Assembly (NCBI GenBank): GCA_050015075.1
Contig: JBEKCB010000009.1
Coordinates: 39,386 to 103,385 of the forward strand
Length of the DNA stretch: 64,000 nucleotides
Direction: 5' to 3'
DNA from: Candidatus Brocadiia bacterium
Lineage (GTDB): Bacteria; Planctomycetota; Brocadiia; CAIUPP01
The first letter of the stretch is position 1, and every line of letters begins with the position of its first letter. Below, piece after piece: positions 17,618 through 25,325 of the stretch. A program made the position numbers and the translations under genes. The notes beneath the pieces are model-generated. The model did not search any database and had not been told where the DNA came from. It saw only the letters and a program-made list of their open reading frames with translations.

Positions 17618-17646
17618 TTGACATGGATGCGAGGGAATATTACTCT
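17618..17646 (+). promoter_or_regulatory. sigma70-like promoter TTGACA-N17-TACTCT
   Basis: Hexamers read directly from the sequence, upstream of the membrane-protein/wHTH pair. Confidence 0.4.
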
Positions 17647-17703
17647 GTAATGCAGAGTGCTCTGTAAGCTCCCGTCGGCCAGCATAATTTGGAGGCCACT
17701 GTG

Positions 17704-18342
17704 ATGGAAATTTCTTCGGAGGAGGCCCGGGAATCACTGGCGCAGGCGCAGGATGCGGCCGCGCGCACGCGGAAGCTGCTGGCCTGTCGCGGGGCGGATG
17801 CGCTGTTTGTGGTCTGGGGCTTGGTCTGGTTCCTGGGTTACCTGGGAACTGACTTAGCGCCCCGGCTGCTGGCGCTCGGGAAAGGCGGCGAGGACCGCGG
17901 AGAGACGGCCGTCTGGATCGTGAACGGGATATGGCTCGCCCTGATCGCTCTCGGCATCGTGGTTTCTGTCGCCGTGTGGAAACGACGCTCGCCGACGAAG
18001 ACGAGCAGCGGAGCGCGGTTGGGCTGGTTCTGGCTGCTGCTTTACGTCTATGTGAGTGTCTGGATCTTCCTCCTCTGGCCGTTCATCAAGGTCGAGGGCG
18101 CAGCGGAATCCGTTCGGTTCGGGCGGCACATGGGCGCCATCGAAGCGACGGTGCCGATGTTCGCATACGTGGTGATGGGACTCTGGCTCGACCACTTCAT
18201 GATCTGGATAGGACTCGCCATAACCGGGCTGACGGTGCTCGGCCTGTTTCTGGCACCGGCCTGGTTCTGGATCTGGATGGCGGTAATGGGCGGCGGCTCG
18301 CTCGTCAGTACCGGCTTTTTGATCCGCAACCGCTGGAGGTAG
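17704..18342 (+). CDS. Multi-pass membrane protein (unknown function)
   Basis: About 5 hydrophobic helices after a polar N-terminus (MEISSEEARESLAQAQDAAART). GGAGG lies upstream, and the gene is tightly linked to the downstream wHTH gene. Confidence 0.6.
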   Translation: MEISSEEARESLAQAQDAAARTRKLLACRGADALFVVWGLVWFLGYLGTDLAPRLLALGKGGEDRGETAVWIVNGIWLALIALGIVVSVAVWKRRSPTKTSSGARLGWFWLLLYVYVSVWIFLLWPFIKVEGAAESVRFGRHMGAIEATVPMFAYVVMGLWLDHFMIWIGLAITGLTVLGLFLAPAWFWIWMAVMGGGSLVSTGFLIRNRWR

Positions 18343-18344
18343 CC

Positions 18345-18638
18345 ATGGGCCGCATTGACGAGGTTATACACCAGTCGCTGCGCTTGCAAATCATGGCGTC
18401 GCTGATCACTCTCGATCCGCGGCAGTCGGTGGATTTCGTTTATCTGCGCGACCTGCTCAAAGCCACAGACGGCAATCTCGGCGCGCATCTGGAGAAACTG
18501 GAGGCGGCAGGCTACGTGAAGATCGAGAAGACTTTCGTCGCGCGAAAACCGCGCACGTTCGTTTCGGCCACAGCGAAAGGGCGCACGGCGTTCGAGGAGC
18601 ACGTGGCGGCGCTCAAGACGATTCTGAACATGAAGTGA
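18345..18638 (+). CDS. Winged-helix transcriptional regulator (HTH_34/ArsR-like)
   Basis: IHQSLRLQIMASL..., LRDLLKATDGNLGAHLEKLEAAGYVKIEKTFVARKPRTFVSATAKGRTAFEEHV. GGAGG SD. The start is internal to ORF 17931..18638. Confidence 0.75.
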   Translation: MGRIDEVIHQSLRLQIMASLITLDPRQSVDFVYLRDLLKATDGNLGAHLEKLEAAGYVKIEKTFVARKPRTFVSATAKGRTAFEEHVAALKTILNMK

Positions 18639-18676
18639 CGCTGCTCGAGGCAGTCATTTCCAGCTTGACTATCGCA

Positions 18677-18882
18677 GCCGTTCGTTGTGACTATTCGCGG
18701 GACATCAAACCTATTTGGCAGCCCGGCTTCAAAGCGTGAAGGACACGCGTGGCCATCTCGTAACTCCAACATGCCCCTCCGGCTCCTCTTTCCGATCAGG
18801 CGCGCGAGGGTTGGGTCTGGGCGTATCGTTTCACAAGTCAGCCGAAAAACCGCTTGGCGACGGACAACTGTTACAGTACACT
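18677..18882 (+). repeat. Repeated upstream cassette, copy A (ends in TTGGCG-N17-TACACT promoter)
   Basis: Shares CTCCGGCTCCTCTTTCCgATCAGGCGCGCGAGGG...GCGTATCGTTTcACA...AGCCG.GAAAAAC..CTTG with copies B and C. Its CCAAATAGG block is in the opposite orientation. Confidence 0.75.
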
Positions 18883-18936
18883 CTCGCCTTTAAAAGCGAG
18901 CCCTCCTTCGGAGAACGGTCAAATGGGAAATCCCGG

Positions 18937-20868
18937 ATGAAGCGACCCATGACATCCGACAACCGCGCCGCAGCACCACAGACCCTCTGGGTTATGCTGG
19001 CCTGCGCGTGGATTCTGGTCGTCGCGGTCGTGGTTTGGGCGAACGGCCTGAAAGGCCCTTTCATCTTTGACGATCTCATCGCGATCCGAGACAATCCGAC
19101 CCTCCGCCATTTTCCCGCCTGGGAGAATTTCGTCCCGCCGCATGAGAACTCGCTCTCCAGGAGGCCGGTTGTAAACCTCACGCTCGCGCTCAACTACGCC
19201 ATCGGCGGCCTCGACGTGCGCGGGTTTCACGCCGGGAATCTGCTCATCCATCTGCTGACGGCGCTGCTGCTCCTCGGCATCGTCCGCCGCACGTTGAACG
19301 AATTGACGATGGACCCCGGACGACGGACGATGGTCCATGCTCCCTCGTCCATCATCGCCGTTTCGTTTGCCGTGGCGCTCATCTGGGCGGTCCATCCCTT
19401 GCTGACCGAACCGATGGACTACTTGACTCAGCGCACCGAACTGCTCATGGGCCTCTTTTTTCTGCTCACCCTGTATTGCGCGGTCCGCGGCGCGTCCAGC
19501 GGGCATCCCCGGCGATGGCACGCAGCCGCCATCGCCGCCTGCGCCCTGGGCATGGGCTCCAAAGAAGTCATGGCCGCCGCCCCGGTCATCGTCCTGCTGT
19601 ACGACCGATGCTTCCTGTCCGGCTCGTTCCGGGAGGCGTTGCGCCGGCGCCTCTCCTTGTATCTCGGACTGGCCGCCACCTGGGCGATCCTCGGTGCGCT
19701 GATGATCGCATATCCCTGGGGCGGCGGAACCGGCGCCGGGTTGGGCCTGGTGGGGATCGGACCGTGGGAATACGTGCGCACGCAGCCGGGCGTCATTCTG
19801 AACTACCTGCGGCTGAGCTTCTGGCCGAGTTCGCTGTGCCTGGACTATGGCTGGCCGATCGCGACGAGCGCAGGGCAGATTTTCCCGGCGGCGGCCGTCA
19901 TCGCGGCGATGCTCGGCGCGACGTTGTGGGCGCTGAGCCGGAGGCCGGCGTTCGGATTCCTGGGCGCGTGGTTTTTCCTGATCCTGGCGCCCACCTCGAC
20001 TTTCGTGCCGATCGCCGACGCGGCGGCCGAGCGCCGGATGTACCTGCCGCTGGCGGCCATCGTGACGTCCTGCGTCCTTGCGGCCTATTGGCTCGGCGAC
20101 CAATTGGTCCGCCACGTGGCCGAAGACGTCGGGACGCGCAAACTCCTCGGAAGAGTCCTGGCGGCTCTGGCGCTCCTCCTTGTAACGGCCGCACTGGGCT
20201 ATCGGACGTTCGAGCGGAACGCGCTTTACCGCGACGCGATTTCCATCTGGCAGGATACGGTCACCCAGCGCCCTCGGAATGCGCGCGCGTGGGGCAATCT
20301 GGGCATGTGTTACGTTGATGCCGGCCTTCCTGGCGAGGCCGTGCCATGCTTCAGCCAAGCCATCGAATTGAAGCGGGACAACTCCACGGCGTACAGCAAC
20401 CGAGGGAGCGCCTTCATCCACAATGACCGCGGCATCGCCTTCGCCAGGATGAACCGCCTCGACGAAGCGGTCCAGGACTACGACACGGCCATTGCCCTGA
20501 ACCCGGATTATGCCGAGGCATACGTCAACCGTGGCGCCGCCTATGCGGACTCCAACCGTTTCAATGAGGCCCTCCAGGACTATAGCCGGGCTGTTGCGCT
20601 GCAGCCCGATAACGCTCGCGCCTACAGCAACCGCGCTGTGGTGGGCCTGCGCACCGGCCGCTTCAATGAAGCCCTGTCCGATTGCGACAAGGCCATCGCG
20701 CTGCAACCTGACTACGCCAATGCCTACCTTAACCGCGCTTACGGCCGGTACCTGGTGAAAGAGTTCGACAAAGCCCTCGCCGACTTGAACACCTGTGTGC
20801 AACTGGGCGGCAAGCCGGATCCTGAATTTATCGGGAAGGTTCTGCAAGCCGCCGGACAGGCGAAATAA
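18937..20868 (+). CDS. Multi-pass membrane (GT-C / TMTC-PMT-like) protein with C-terminal TPR repeats
   Basis: N-terminus WANGLKGPFIFDDLIAIRDNPTLRHF followed by about 9-10 TM helices. The C-terminus has about 7 TPR units (AYSNRG.., AEAYVNRGAAYADSNRFNEALQDYSRAVALQPDNARAYSNRA...). The start MKRPMTSD was chosen downstream of the copy A promoter. Confidence 0.75.
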   Translation: MKRPMTSDNRAAAPQTLWVMLACAWILVVAVVVWANGLKGPFIFDDLIAIRDNPTLRHFPAWENFVPPHENSLSRRPVVNLTLALNYAIGGLDVRGFHAGNLLIHLLTALLLLGIVRRTLNELTMDPGRRTMVHAPSSIIAVSFAVALIWAVHPLLTEPMDYLTQRTELLMGLFFLLTLYCAVRGASSGHPRRWHAAAIAACALGMGSKEVMAAAPVIVLLYDRCFLSGSFREALRRRLSLYLGLAATWAILGALMIAYPWGGGTGAGLGLVGIGPWEYVRTQPGVILNYLRLSFWPSSLCLDYGWPIATSAGQIFPAAAVIAAMLGATLWALSRRPAFGFLGAWFFLILAPTSTFVPIADAAAERRMYLPLAAIVTSCVLAAYWLGDQLVRHVAEDVGTRKLLGRVLAALALLLVTAALGYRTFERNALYRDAISIWQDTVTQRPRNARAWGNLGMCYVDAGLPGEAVPCFSQAIELKRDNSTAYSNRGSAFIHNDRGIAFARMNRLDEAVQDYDTAIALNPDYAEAYVNRGAAYADSNRFNEALQDYSRAVALQPDNARAYSNRAVVGLRTGRFNEALSDCDKAIALQPDYANAYLNRAYGRYLVKEFDKALADLNTCVQLGGKPDPEFIGKVLQAAGQAK

Positions 20869-20930
20869 GGCGAACCTGGTCACCCTCCACACGCCCCGTA
20901 TCGCCATAGACACGCTCCTCGGAAAAGGTC

Positions 20931-21077
20931 CGGTTCGCCGTAACGTGCTAGATGGCCGGCCAAATAGGTCGGTTGACAAACCGCTCCGGCTCCTCTTTCC
21001 AATCAGGCGCGCGTGGGCGTATTGTTATCCAGAACGGCCGAGAAACAACTTGACGGTGGGCACGCTTTGAGTACAAT
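20931..21077 (+). repeat. Repeated upstream cassette, copy B (ends in TTGACG-N16-TACAAT promoter)
   Basis: GATGGCCGGCCAAATAGGTCGGTTGACAAACCGCTCCGGCTCCTCTTTCCAATCAGGCGCGCG...; near-identical to copy C over the first about 60 nt. Confidence 0.8.
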
Positions 21078-21176
21078 ACTGTCGCCGCGAACGACAGCCG
21101 AAGGCGCAAAAGCCGCCGCAAGGCGTTAATTCTTAAAGCTCCTGACCTCTTTATATGCCGCACGGGAATACTGGGG

Positions 21177-22043
21177 ATGAAGCGGATACTCATCCTGCTG
21201 CATGAGCACTTCAAACACGAACAGTATCTTATCTATCGTCTCCGCGAGGCGTGGCAGAAACAGGGGCTGCACGTATCATGTGTTTACGGCATTAGAGACC
21301 GGCCCGAGGCAGACCTGCTGATTCCGCACGTTGATCTGACGCGAACACCTCCCGAATACATCGAGTACATCCGATCCTATCCCAACGCCGTCAACCGCAA
21401 TGTGGTGGATATCTCCAAGCGCAGGATCAGCGCGAACCTGCTTCGCGGTGACGAGGACTTCCGCGGGCCGGTCATTGTGAAGACCGACAACAACTCGGAA
21501 GGCGGCTCGGAGGAGTTCCTGTACCGATGCCGGCATCCCCATCTCGCGTGGCTCCGGGGGAAAGCGAGCGCGGTCCAGGCGCATCTGGCCGGGCATCGTT
21601 CCACGGCGCGGAGTGGTCTGCACGAATATCCTGTCTACAGCAGCCTGGCGGAGGTTCCCGCCGGCGTGTTCAGAAACCGGGCGCTCGTGGTGGAGAAGTT
21701 CCTTCCGGAGAGAGAGGGCGATCGCTACTTCGTGCGTGTGTACGTTTGCCTGGGCAGTCACACACAAAGCATCCGCATCGCCGACTCGAAGCCCTTCGTG
21801 AAAAGGCCCGCGGCTCGGCAGGTGGACGAAGGACTTGAGGTTCCCGAGCCGGTGCTGGACCTGCGCCGCCGGATCGGCTTGGATTATGGCAAAATTGATT
21901 ACACGATTCATGAGGGGCAGGTCGCCATCCTGGACGTGAGCCTCACGCCGGGGTGGTCTGCCGGGACTGAGCTGACGGCGCGCACAGTCGGCATCCTGGC
22001 GGGCGGCATCTGGTCGCTGCTGCCGAACCAGGGAAATACTTGA
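21177..22043 (+). CDS. ATP-grasp-like protein (unknown substrate)
   Basis: GPVIVKTDNNSEGGSE, ALVVEKFLPE, and IGLDYGKIDYTIHEGQVAILDVSLTPG resemble ATP-grasp B-loop and C-terminal motifs. This rests on recall only. Confidence 0.55.
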   Translation: MKRILILLHEHFKHEQYLIYRLREAWQKQGLHVSCVYGIRDRPEADLLIPHVDLTRTPPEYIEYIRSYPNAVNRNVVDISKRRISANLLRGDEDFRGPVIVKTDNNSEGGSEEFLYRCRHPHLAWLRGKASAVQAHLAGHRSTARSGLHEYPVYSSLAEVPAGVFRNRALVVEKFLPEREGDRYFVRVYVCLGSHTQSIRIADSKPFVKRPAARQVDEGLEVPEPVLDLRRRIGLDYGKIDYTIHEGQVAILDVSLTPGWSAGTELTARTVGILAGGIWSLLPNQGNT

Positions 22044-22163
22044 CGCATGCGACCTGTTCAGGACGGAGCGCGTTTGGACAAGACCGCAGGGATGATGCTC
22101 GCGCCCTTCCCTCAAGGTCATTCGGCTCGCTTGCCTCCCGGAAATGTCGGCCGAAGGCCATGA

Positions 22164-22356
22164 GCCGTTCGACGTTGCTAGCGGCCCTGAGTCCATCGAA
22201 GGGCGAACGAAGCGAGTTGAATGGCCGGCCAAATAGGTCGGTTGACAAACCGCTCGGGCTCCTCTTTCCAATCATGCGTGCGAGGGGTGCGCGTGCGCGT
22301 ATCGTTTTACAGAACAGCCGGGAAAAACTTGAAAACAGGCTCTTTGAGAGTACAAT
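22164..22356 (+). repeat. Repeated upstream cassette, copy C (ends in TTGAAA-N16-TACAAT promoter)
   Basis: AATGGCCGGCCAAATAGGTCGGTTGACAAACCGCTCGGGCTCCTCTTTCCAATCATGCGTGCGAGGGG...GCGTATCGTTTTACAGAACAGCCGGGAAAAACTTGAAA. Confidence 0.8.
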
Positions 22357-22443
22357 GTTATCGGAGCGATCGGCAGTCTAAGAGGGAAACGCCGTTGGAA
22401 GTCGGGCGGGGAAAGCGACAATAGGTGATGTCCCAAATTAGTA

Positions 22444-22926
22444 ATGACAATACTTATGAAAACATCGTGCAATATCGCCAGGCCTGATTTTATCTTGCAG
22501 GTTGAAGCGATCGAGCCATCGAACACTGGTTTTCTTAAAAACCGGCCGTGTCGGCTAATACTTGCAGATGGGAAAGCTGTTGAACGTGCGATTTGCGTGG
22601 AAGATCATCGTGGATTCTCAGGCAAGTGGTGGATCCACCCGGAATGCGTCGCAAGGATTGAGGCGTCACGAGAGAGGATGCCGGCGAACCTCGCATCCAA
22701 GTTGTACGTCGCAGGCGAATCAGGAATGGGTTACCAGATATTCAAAGTTAAAATGAGAGACGGCACATCCTATCCGTTCCTTACCGGGAACATCGTTGAT
22801 TTTCCGGATTTCCCTGAGGGATACAGCACGGATGATGTCGTGGAAGTATACCCGCACGAAGGAAGATACGAATTCGGCCTGAGGCGGAGCCGGAGTTTCA
22901 AGTGGTGTTTCTATGTTAAAGAATGA
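22444..22926 (+). CDS. Hypothetical protein (160 aa), lower-GC
   Basis: Intact ORF downstream of the cassette C promoter. I recognise no family. Confidence 0.5.
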   Translation: MTILMKTSCNIARPDFILQVEAIEPSNTGFLKNRPCRLILADGKAVERAICVEDHRGFSGKWWIHPECVARIEASRERMPANLASKLYVAGESGMGYQIFKVKMRDGTSYPFLTGNIVDFPDFPEGYSTDDVVEVYPHEGRYEFGLRRSRSFKWCFYVKE

Positions 22927-22962
22927 ATCTCCTGCGGAATTCGGCGGACACCATAGGCAACT

Positions 22963-23075
22963 ACGGATGAACTCCCAACACCCAACATCGAACGTCCAAC
23001 GCCCAGGTACTCGCGCAATCCGAGCCGCCGACTTGGACGTTGGGCGTTCGGCGTTGGATGTTGAGCGTTGATCCG
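22963..23075. repeat. Long imperfect palindrome with CCAAC(A/G)-repeat arms
   Basis: ACGGATGAACtCCCAACACCCAACATCGAACGTCCAACGCCCAGG ... CTTGGACGTTGGGCGTTCGGCGTTGGATGTTGAGCGTTGATCCGT. It lies 3' of the 160-aa gene. Confidence 0.75.
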
Positions 23076-23415
23076 TTCATGCCTGAGCATCCGGGACCTG
23101 AACCTGGGGTGATTCAGGAACAATATAACATTCGAACAACCGGAATTGCCAGCCGGGAAGTCGCCTGAAACAGCGTCCCGACGGCTGCGGTATCTCTGGC
23201 GCATCGCAGCGCCAGGGAGCCAGACCGCGGCGGCGCCGCTGCTCGCGGTGATAGGGAGAGACACCGAACCGACAGATCGGGTCGCAAACTTGGATGATTT
23301 GGACTATACTCCCATGCATTCCGTTTAGAGGCACATCGAGGGAAGTTGGCGCCTTCGGCACATGCGGGATCGTGACATGAACATGGCTGGTCAAAATGAG
23401 TGACAGGAGACTGCG

Positions 23416-25026
23416 ATGATGATTCGCTCGGCGCGCTGCAAGGCGTTTTGCGTTTTCGTCCTGGCGGCTGGAACGCTCCTATGGGCGGGCCAGTCTTTTG
23501 CCGCGGTGCGGTTGGCGCGGCTCTTCGGCGACGGGATGGTGCTGCAGCGCGAGATGCCCGTGCCGGTCTGGGGTTTTGCGAAGGCGGGCGAGAACGTGAC
23601 GGTCCGCTTCGGTGGCCAGGAGAAGTCGGCGACGGCCGACGCGAGCGGCAAGTGGATGGTCCGCCTCGACGCGATGCCCGCAAGCGCGTCGCCGCGCGAG
23701 ATGACCGTCGCGGGCGAGAACACACTGACGCTCAAGGACGTGCTCGTCGGCGAAGTGTGGCTCTGCGGCGGCCAGTCGAATATGGAGATGACGGTCAACA
23801 ACAGCTTGAACTTCGACGCCGAGAAAGCCGCCGCGACCAATTCCGCCATCCGCCAGGTCAAGGTCCCCCGCAGCGTAGCCGCCGCGCCGAGGGACGACCT
23901 GAGCGATTCGCCCGGCAATTGGGTCGTCTGCGCTCCGGCGACCGTCGGGCAATTCACCGCGGCGGGCTACTTCTTCGCGCGCGAGATCGCGAAGGCGCTC
24001 GACGTGCCCGTCGGCCTGATCAACGATTGCTGGGGCGGCACGTCCATCGAGCCGTGGACGCCGGCGGAGGGATTCCGGCTGGCGACATCCGATCCGCAGA
24101 TGCGAGACATCAGCCGCCTGGTGGATTCGTGGAACCCGACGACCGACGCCGGCCAGGAGGCATACCGCCGGTATCTCGCGCAGGTCAAGGAATGGCTTCC
24201 CGCGGCCGAGGCGGCGGTCGAGGCGAAGCGCGTCCCGCCGCCCGCCCCGAAAACGCCGGAGCCTGCGCCGAACAACGGCCAGCCGACGTACCTCTTCAAC
24301 GCCATGATCGCGCCGGTGATCCCCTGCGCGATCCGCGGCGCGATCTGGTACCAGGGCGAGGCCAACGGCGCCGAGGGCATGGTCTATTTCCACAAGATGA
24401 AAGCCCTCGTCGGCGGCTGGCGCCAGCTCTGGGGCCAAGGCGATTTCCCGTTCTACTACGTCCAGCTCCCCGGCTGGCAGCGGTCCGACCCGGCCAAGCC
24501 CGCCGGCGGCGACGGCTGGGCGCACCTGCGCGAAGCCCAGCTCCGGTTCCTCGCCTTCCCCAACACCGGCATGGCGGTGGCGATTGACCTCGGCGAGGCC
24601 GACGAAATTCACCCCAAGGACAAACAGGACGTGGGCAAGCGCCTGGCGCTCTGCGCGCTAGGCGGGACTTATGGAAAGAAGATCGCCTTCAGCGGCCCGC
24701 TCTGCAAGAGCGTCGCCGTCGAAGGAGACAAAATTCGGATCGCCTTCGACCACGCCGGTGGCGGGCTGATCGCCGGCGAGAAGAAGGGGCTGGCGCCGGT
24801 CCAGGAAGCCAAGGACGGCAAGCTGAAATGGTTCGCGATCGCCGGCAAGGACAAAGTCTGGTACTGGGCGGATGCCGTCATTGACGGGCAGACCGTCCTC
24901 GTCAGCAGCGACAAAGTCCCCGAGCCGGTCGCCGTCCGCTACGCATTCGCCATGAATCCCGAAGGCGCGAACCTCTACAACAAAGAAGGCCTGCCCGCCT
25001 CGCCGTTCAGGACGGATAGTTGGTGA
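23416..25026 (+). CDS. Sialate O-acetylesterase-family (SGNH-type) carbohydrate esterase, secreted
   Basis: Signal peptide, LFGDGMVLQREMPVPVWGFA, GKWMVRL, LVGEVWLCGGQSNME, AIWYQGEAN. Confidence 0.85.
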   Translation: MMIRSARCKAFCVFVLAAGTLLWAGQSFAAVRLARLFGDGMVLQREMPVPVWGFAKAGENVTVRFGGQEKSATADASGKWMVRLDAMPASASPREMTVAGENTLTLKDVLVGEVWLCGGQSNMEMTVNNSLNFDAEKAAATNSAIRQVKVPRSVAAAPRDDLSDSPGNWVVCAPATVGQFTAAGYFFAREIAKALDVPVGLINDCWGGTSIEPWTPAEGFRLATSDPQMRDISRLVDSWNPTTDAGQEAYRRYLAQVKEWLPAAEAAVEAKRVPPPAPKTPEPAPNNGQPTYLFNAMIAPVIPCAIRGAIWYQGEANGAEGMVYFHKMKALVGGWRQLWGQGDFPFYYVQLPGWQRSDPAKPAGGDGWAHLREAQLRFLAFPNTGMAVAIDLGEADEIHPKDKQDVGKRLALCALGGTYGKKIAFSGPLCKSVAVEGDKIRIAFDHAGGGLIAGEKKGLAPVQEAKDGKLKWFAIAGKDKVWYWADAVIDGQTVLVSSDKVPEPVAVRYAFAMNPEGANLYNKEGLPASPFRTDSW

Positions 25027-25046
25027 AGTTGATCGCGACGCTCATC

Positions 25047-25071
25047 GGCGGTCCGCGCTGCGCGGACCGCC
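25047..25071 (+). terminator. GC-rich hairpin after the esterase gene
   Basis: GGCGGTCCGCG-ctg-CGCGGACCGCC. The downstream tail is A-rich rather than T-rich, so it is not a textbook intrinsic terminator. Confidence 0.4.
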
Positions 25072-25081
25072 GAGAAAATAC

Positions 25082-25110
25082 TTGACAGCGACAACTCGAC
25101 CGTTTAGTCT
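25082..25110 (+). promoter_or_regulatory. sigma70-like promoter TTGACA-N17-TAGTCT upstream of sodB
   Basis: Hexamers read directly from the sequence. This implies a 5' UTR of about 210 nt. Confidence 0.35.
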
Positions 25111-25325
25111 CAAGTATGGAGGCGGACTGTCCGTGGGGAGGACAGTCGAGTGGGGAATCCCGGATTGCCGCAGAGCCGTCATGTCGGCGCGCGTGTACCG
25201 CGCTCGCAACCAGGCGGGGCTGCCGCTCCGATGCAGAGTTGAATCCGGACTGGCACCAGATTCAGGAGTTCGAAGGGGACGGAAGGTCGCGGCCTTTCAC
25301 GAAAGGGGTCAAAGTGGGGAAGGAG

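Noticed and set aside
18687-22381. Three ORFs sharing the peptide PL(R/G)LLFPI(R/M)RA (18687..18893, 20795..21070, 22040..22381) as a possible conserved small protein
   Set aside because: The similarity is at nucleotide level. Indels between copies shift the frame right after the shared peptide, and the conserved DNA ends in promoter hexamers. This is regulatory repeat DNA, not coding sequence.
18677-23075. Integron-like cassette array (ORF + recombination site, repeated)
   Set aside because: I could not find attC-type R''/R' core sites (RYYYAAC...GTTRRRY). There is no intI gene. The repeats carry their own promoters, and the repeat lies upstream of each ORF rather than being a 3' attC.
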